IMG/VR virus record: IMGVR_UViG_3300018494_000099
Direction: 5' to 3' (one strand)
DNA: 62,129 bases
Source of the DNA: an uncultured virus (IMG/VR IMGVR_UViG_3300018494_000099)
Taxonomy: Duplodnaviria; Heunggongvirae; Uroviricota; Caudoviricetes
Shown piece by piece: positions 57,763 through 62,129 of the stretch (positions within the stretch are counted from its first letter, which is position 1; every line of letters begins with the position of its first letter). The notes beneath the pieces were generated by a model. That model made no database searches. It worked only from the letters and a program-made list of their open reading frames with translations, and was not told the origin of the DNA. Position numbers and translations under genes: made by a program.

Positions 57763-58635
57763 TTATTTATCAGTTTTTAGCTTACATTTATATCTATTCT
57801 TGATAATACATCCTGTTTTTATAGACTTTACAATAGTCATATAAGATAGTTTTAAGGCTTCTTGTGCGAAGCTGTAAGCATCAAATTGATACGTTTTATG
57901 CTCAATTAAATCTTCTATTTCAATAGAAACTCGATGTGCGTTTTTATTCGGAATTCGCCCTGGATAAAATCCTTCTGGGGGCTGTTTTTCGTTTAAATTA
58001 ATCCAGTGTTCTTCTGAGCCATTTGTATACCACGCCCAATTTCTATTTTTATTTCTAGCTTTTTTAGTTTCACTGGATCTCTTTTTTGTCTCTTCTGACA
58101 AAGTTTTTCCTCGGTTTGAACCTACTTTTCCATACATACCGTTATTTTCACCTTTTAATTTGGCTTTATGGCTCTCAAGCATACCGATAATAAAACCTTC
58201 GGGTACATCCTCAGGAAGTACTTTTCGATACTCCAATGTATTTGGGTCATAACACCAAATTTTATTCTTATTATGGATTGACTGCATCAATTTAGCCTGC
58301 TCAGTATGTTTACCTTGCGGTGGACCTGCTCGGCCACCTTTACTGATATTATAACCAATAGAGTCATCTTGAGACCTTAGTAATTTAATATAATACTGCT
58401 CCCGCTCTCCTACAAGTTCTCTCGGTACATTATCTTCTACTAACTCAATAATAAAGTACTGTATACCGTCAGCTATCATTGCATTATATAGTCTAGACTT
58501 ATATTTTACTGTACCGCGTTCATATCTGCGACATTCTTGTATGTGCTCTTTTAATCGCTGCTCAAGTGAATCAACAGTCATTCCGATATAAAACTTACCA
58601 TTTTTAGTATTAGTTATTTTATAAATTTTTGCCAC
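57763..58635 (-). CDS. Free-standing GIY-YIG homing endonuclease with NUMOD3-like motifs
   Basis: KIYKITN, FYIG, RLKEH, REQYYI, GYNISKGG; NGMYGK and GKTLSEETKKRSSE. Confidence 0.85.
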   Translation of the reverse strand: MAKIYKITNTKNGKFYIGMTVDSLEQRLKEHIQECRRYERGTVKYKSRLYNAMIADGIQYFIIELVEDNVPRELVGEREQYYIKLLRSQDDSIGYNISKGGRAGPPQGKHTEQAKLMQSIHNKNKIWCYDPNTLEYRKVLPEDVPEGFIIGMLESHKAKLKGENNGMYGKVGSNRGKTLSEETKKRSSETKKARNKNRNWAWYTNGSEEHWINLNEKQPPEGFYPGRIPNKNAHRVSIEIEDLIEHKTYQFDAYSFAQEALKLSYMTIVKSIKTGCIIKNRYKCKLKTDK

Positions 58636-58665
58636 TTTCAGTATCTCCTAAGTTTATTCTCTATT

Positions 58666-58674
58666 AAATTTAGC
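58666..58674 (-). promoter_or_regulatory. Late-promoter-like motif GCTAAATTT
   Basis: Variant of recurrent motif upstream of the endonuclease. Confidence 0.6.
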
Positions 58675-58712
58675 GAATTATTTTAGGACACTTTTAAATT
58701 AATTTAAGTGTA

Positions 58713-59201
58713 TCAATCAGAAATAGAGCTATTTGATAACTTTAATTCTTGCATTCTACTCATAAGTATTGTTTTAAGAGAATCAATCATTCTTTGAACC
58801 TGGTCAACCTTAGTTTTAACCAAACTTGCTACAAGGTCATAGAGACACTGAGCAACGATATTCTCGGAAATCGCAAGAGTGGTATTAGAATCCTTTACTC
58901 CGGCAGTTCCTTCCTGTCCGATATATGATGCAGCATAAGCCTCTTTCTTGATTGCTTCCGCACAAACTGCCTTAATGCCAGATCTATCTCTAAGCTCACT
59001 CAAAGAATAGACTGCAAGCTGAAGTCTCAAGATAGAGTCTCTGAGCATTTCAATAGACATAGACTCAATATTATATTGAATCATTTCTACAATTCTATTA
59101 GGCTCTTCAAAAGGCCCAGCGAGCATGCTATCTGCAATTTCTTTAATCTGCCCGTAGGTGAGCTCAACTGCTTCGAGAGCTTTATTTAAATCTTTAGCCA
59201 T
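58713..59201 (-). CDS. Hypothetical helical protein (possible recombination mediator)
   Basis: 162 aa all-helical protein between resolvase and recA. Confidence 0.5.
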   Translation of the reverse strand: MAKDLNKALEAVELTYGQIKEIADSMLAGPFEEPNRIVEMIQYNIESMSIEMLRDSILRLQLAVYSLSELRDRSGIKAVCAEAIKKEAYAASYIGQEGTAGVKDSNTTLAISENIVAQCLYDLVASLVKTKVDQVQRMIDSLKTILMSRMQELKLSNSSISD

Positions 59202-59688
59202 TCAAAACCTCCACTAATTTAATAAGGTCTGCTTCCATAAAAGTACGTAGCTTTTGAGCGTCAACCTTAATAATATTATACGATTTTTTGTAAGGTTTTT
59301 TCTCGTCAATCATTCTAAGGCCAATCGACTTCTCGCCATCATTAACCATTTTTTCCATTTCTTCAATAGATACCCAAATGATTAGGTCTTTCTCATAAAA
59401 CCAAACAAGTACCCCAGGAAAAGTTTTATACTTATCTTTGTATTTGAGCTGTCTTTCATACTGTGGAATATCATTAAATGATATCGAAGCACCTTTATGG
59501 GCCTTGCACTCAACCATTAAAACACAATTACCTGGGTAGCACATGAAGTCACATGGATTAGAGCCTCCCTCACCGGCATAACCGCCTTGCTGGTCTGGCA
59601 AACGATAAATAAGCTTATCAGGAAATTGTTTGATCCAAGTTGACTCAAATTTACTTTCCCACTTTTTACCAATTGTCGTATTTGCCAT
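59194..59688 (-). CDS. RecU-like Holliday junction resolvase
   Basis: GKKWESKF, PCDFM, VECKA, IPQYERQ. Confidence 0.7.
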   Translation of the reverse strand: MANTTIGKKWESKFESTWIKQFPDKLIYRLPDQQGGYAGEGGSNPCDFMCYPGNCVLMVECKAHKGASISFNDIPQYERQLKYKDKYKTFPGVLVWFYEKDLIIWVSIEEMEKMVNDGEKSIGLRMIDEKKPYKKSYNIIKVDAQKLRTFMEADLIKLVEVLNG

Positions 59689-60827
59689 TATTCCTTAGTC
59701 CTCGTCTCAGCAATAACATTACTGATATTGGCTCGGCAGATAATAATAGACTTGTGGTTACCGCAGTTCATAGTAATATGCTCATTCTTGCAAGAATCAA
59801 GAACGGCCTTAAGGTCAATAAGGTTTACACCCATAGAATAACCGCCGGGAGTTGAGCTACCGTTTTCGATAGTAATAACTTCCTTATTGTCACCAGAAAT
59901 GTCAGAGATAGTAAGCTCTGTATTGGAAAACTCTACAGAAGCAGGAACAAAAGAAAGATCTGCCTTTGCACTGCTATTCTTGTGGAACATAAGAAGTCTG
60001 CTGATTGCTGCAGAAAGGTCGGTAGCAGAAAGTACGAGATTATGCTCATAAATTTCTTTAGCGAGAGCCTTCATTGCATCACAGGGTGCCTTAACCTTCT
60101 GAATACAGGTTTCGTCGCTAAGAAGTCTGGTTGCTACATAGACGTCCTCAGTCTGGAAAACTACGATAGGCTGAAGAGAATTATCAGCATTTACAATATG
60201 ACCATAAGACAGGAAAGCATCAGAGCCAAAGAGCTTAAAGAGCTTTACTACCTTATCAGTAAGAAGAAGCTTGATAGGCTTTTCAAGAGTGAAGGCATTG
60301 ATGCAGGCACCAGTAGTGAAAGTAAAGCAACCAGTCTCATCGATGTAGTAGTATCTCTGAAGCTCGTTTACTTCTACCTTCTTAGCCTTCTGAACCTCAC
60401 GGCTGTTTACGTTAAGAATACTCATAAGAATATCATTAGAGATAGTCATACTCACTGTTACCTGCTCAGGATCAAGCTTAATAATAGGAAGCTTCATGAG
60501 CTGGTCGTTTTCATAAATCATGGCGAGCTTATAAGAGCTTCTGCCTGCCTTTACTACTACAACAGTATCCTTAATCTCAAGCTCAAACTCTTCGGTGCTG
60601 ATACCTGAAATAAGATTAAGGAAGAGATTTGCGTCTACTACAGCACGGAACTCTGTGGGAGTCTCGAGGTCAAAAGCTACGGCGCAATACCACTCGCGAT
60701 TTGTAACTCTGAGATAGAGTTTAGTATCTCTTGCGGCAAGCTCAAGATTTGCCGCTGCCTTGTCTACTCCAACTGCCAAGAGAATCTTATTAGCTGCTTC
60801 CTGGAAATTCTTTGTCTTTAAAATCAT
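59688..60827 (-). CDS. dnaN: DNA polymerase III beta-like sliding clamp
   Basis: About 380 aa three-domain alpha/beta pattern (VTNRE, AVVDANLFLNLI, LSAAISRL, GVNLIDLKAVL); RBS favours start MILKTK at 60827. Confidence 0.65.
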   Translation of the reverse strand: MILKTKNFQEAANKILLAVGVDKAAANLELAARDTKLYLRVTNREWYCAVAFDLETPTEFRAVVDANLFLNLISGISTEEFELEIKDTVVVVKAGRSSYKLAMIYENDQLMKLPIIKLDPEQVTVSMTISNDILMSILNVNSREVQKAKKVEVNELQRYYYIDETGCFTFTTGACINAFTLEKPIKLLLTDKVVKLFKLFGSDAFLSYGHIVNADNSLQPIVVFQTEDVYVATRLLSDETCIQKVKAPCDAMKALAKEIYEHNLVLSATDLSAAISRLLMFHKNSSAKADLSFVPASVEFSNTELTISDISGDNKEVITIENGSSTPGGYSMGVNLIDLKAVLDSCKNEHITMNCGNHKSIIICRANISNVIAETRTKE

Positions 60828-60863
60828 TTTATAGTTTCTCCTTATTTTATTTTTACATACTAT

Positions 60864-60904
60864 ATAATACAATAAAAGACGAGCTATTTTACTAACTCGT
60901 CTTT
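60864..60904 (-). terminator. Fused terminator plus class-2 promoter module (copy 3, diverged)
   Basis: ataatacaataaaagacgag / ctcgtcttt. Confidence 0.65.
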
Positions 60905-60916
60905 AAAAAGGTTTAT

Positions 60917-62128
60917 TTAATTATAAGTTTTGATAAGCTCTGCATAATGCTCAGCATTAGTTTTGCCAAACAACTCTTTAGATTTTTCATCTGATTTACG
61001 TTTTTGATTAATCGTCATAAGCTGCCAGTTAGCCCAAATTCTTTCAAGCTCCTTTTTTGATGGCTCTCTATGAATTAGCTCAATACCTGTTCTCATTCTC
61101 CAAAGATGAGCAGGGTCTTTTATTAATCGCTGATAAGTTTCCTCGCCATAAGTATTTCTTACTTGTTGTTCATTATACGGTGGGTCAAATTCCTCATCAA
61201 GATCCCATTTACCGTTGTCCCAGAAAGTTACGTAGTACTCACCGTTGTCATTTGGACCGTCTTCATCATAAACTTTTCCAAGCTTTTTGTAAAGTCGGAT
61301 AGCGCCGTCATTTTTAGCATCTACAAAGCAATAAATAAGATCATATTGATTTTTATACTTTTCTACAATATTTTGAATTACTGCTGAGCCAAGGCCTTTA
61401 CCACGCTCGATAATCATAAAATTACCAATACCGAGACACTTGCTTCCGTTTTCCTCATACTCAGAAAAACCGATATAGCCAGCAAGCTTTCCTTCAAAAT
61501 GAATTTCTTTAATAGAGCTCTTAATATCAGCATCAGACATATTTCCATATCCGTCCAAAATATCATCGGCATACTCTTTAAAAAGCTCTACGTCTGAAAC
61601 TGGAAGATAATCAATTTGAGAGTTGCTGTTTACAGACTCTTCAAGTGGAACATCAGACTCCATAATATTATTAGAAATATCAAAAGTATATTCTACAGGT
61701 AATTTATAGCACTCTTTAGCAAGTCCCCAGTTGTCAACGCCTGTGATAACTTTATCCATCATTCTTACTTCAAGAATATCAGAATTTTCATCATAGCGCC
61801 ACCACTGATTAGCAACATCCTGTAGAAGCGCGTCTAAAGAAGTGTATTTATGAATACCTCTGGCATGCTGCATTGAATGCTCAAACCAGCAGTAATTTTT
61901 ACCTTCTTTATAAACTAAAAACACATGAGCAGAACCTTCCGCACCGTATTCTTTTTTAGAATTATTCTCTTTAACCATTACTAAGAAAGTCTCGTAACCA
62001 AGATCATCAAGAACTTCTTTTTCGAGATAGGACTGTTCAGCGCAATGTCCAGTGCCAGTTTTTAAAACTTCTTCTGCTGTTTTAGTAGGAACTCCGTTAC
62101 TGTTAGAATACTCATCATCTACAAGTTC
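60917..62128 (-). CDS. Polyvalent protein (5' truncated by window edge): transglutaminase/papain-like domain, GNAT acetyltransferase, unknown C-terminal domain
   Basis: Frame is open to the edge: ..TAEEVLKTGTGHCAEQ..AHVFLV..WFE (C-H-E triad); RGKGLGSAV..NDGAIRLYKKLG (GNAT). Confidence 0.75.
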   Translation of the reverse strand, partial: ELVDDEYSNSNGVPTKTAEEVLKTGTGHCAEQSYLEKEVLDDLGYETFLVMVKENNSKKEYGAEGSAHVFLVYKEGKNYCWFEHSMQHARGIHKYTSLDALLQDVANQWWRYDENSDILEVRMMDKVITGVDNWGLAKECYKLPVEYTFDISNNIMESDVPLEESVNSNSQIDYLPVSDVELFKEYADDILDGYGNMSDADIKSSIKEIHFEGKLAGYIGFSEYEENGSKCLGIGNFMIIERGKGLGSAVIQNIVEKYKNQYDLIYCFVDAKNDGAIRLYKKLGKVYDEDGPNDNGEYYVTFWDNGKWDLDEEFDPPYNEQQVRNTYGEETYQRLIKDPAHLWRMRTGIELIHREPSKKELERIWANWQLMTINQKRKSDEKSKELFGKTNAEHYAELIKTYN

Positions 62129-62129
62129 A

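Noticed and set aside
54267..58635. Group I introns or inteins associated with the GIY-YIG genes
   Set aside because: Flanking genes (dnaX, recA) are uninterrupted, and no intron core or intein motifs were seen.
1073..61387. All other plus-strand ORFs and short nested minus-strand ORFs in the track
   Set aside because: They lie within convincing minus-strand genes and have composition typical of shadow frames.
1..62129. Genome-wide stop-codon reassignment
   Set aside because: Long genes are intact under code 11, and TAG (e.g. 2076, 16203) and TGA (e.g. 25679) both act as stops. Only one internal TGA was seen.

Overview
This window is a 62 kb internal segment of a large, AT-rich, contractile-tailed dsDNA phage, with every real gene on the minus strand. 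Read right to left it holds three blocks. (1) About 62129-42000: a replication/recombination block built from bacterial-type enzymes (beta clamp, DnaX, delta and delta-prime, RecA, RecU-like and other PD-(D/E)XK nucleases, SbcCD/gp46-47). (2) About 41600-27800: a late accessory block (dead deformylase homolog, TopA, MoxR AAA+, HEXXH peptidase, vWA protein, nucleotidyltransferase, amidase, SWIM protein). (3) About 27750-1: a T4-like morphogenesis block running from terminase and portal to a YadA-repeat tail fibre. RecU, the Amidase_3 lysin and strong AGGAG ribosome-binding sites suggest a Firmicutes host (inference). Two promoter-like motifs recur: GCTAAATT(A/T) in 13 intergenic copies and TAT(T/C)GTAT(A/T)AT in 7. 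The main observations are: (a) a putative capsid-cargo system, with late-promoter cassettes sharing an EEFKLYEN(L/M)W leader and L-x-E prohead-protease-like sites on a GIY-YIG nuclease, a MoxR/vWA/peptidase trio, an NTase and a polyvalent protein; (b) an in-frame TGA at the Cys position of an E-C-K nuclease motif, followed by a hairpin; (c) a start-less +1-frame ORF at the tail-chaperone position; (d) several catalytically degenerate host-enzyme homologs; (e) a GC-rich structured RNA leader. All calls come from reading motifs by eye; no database searches were run.
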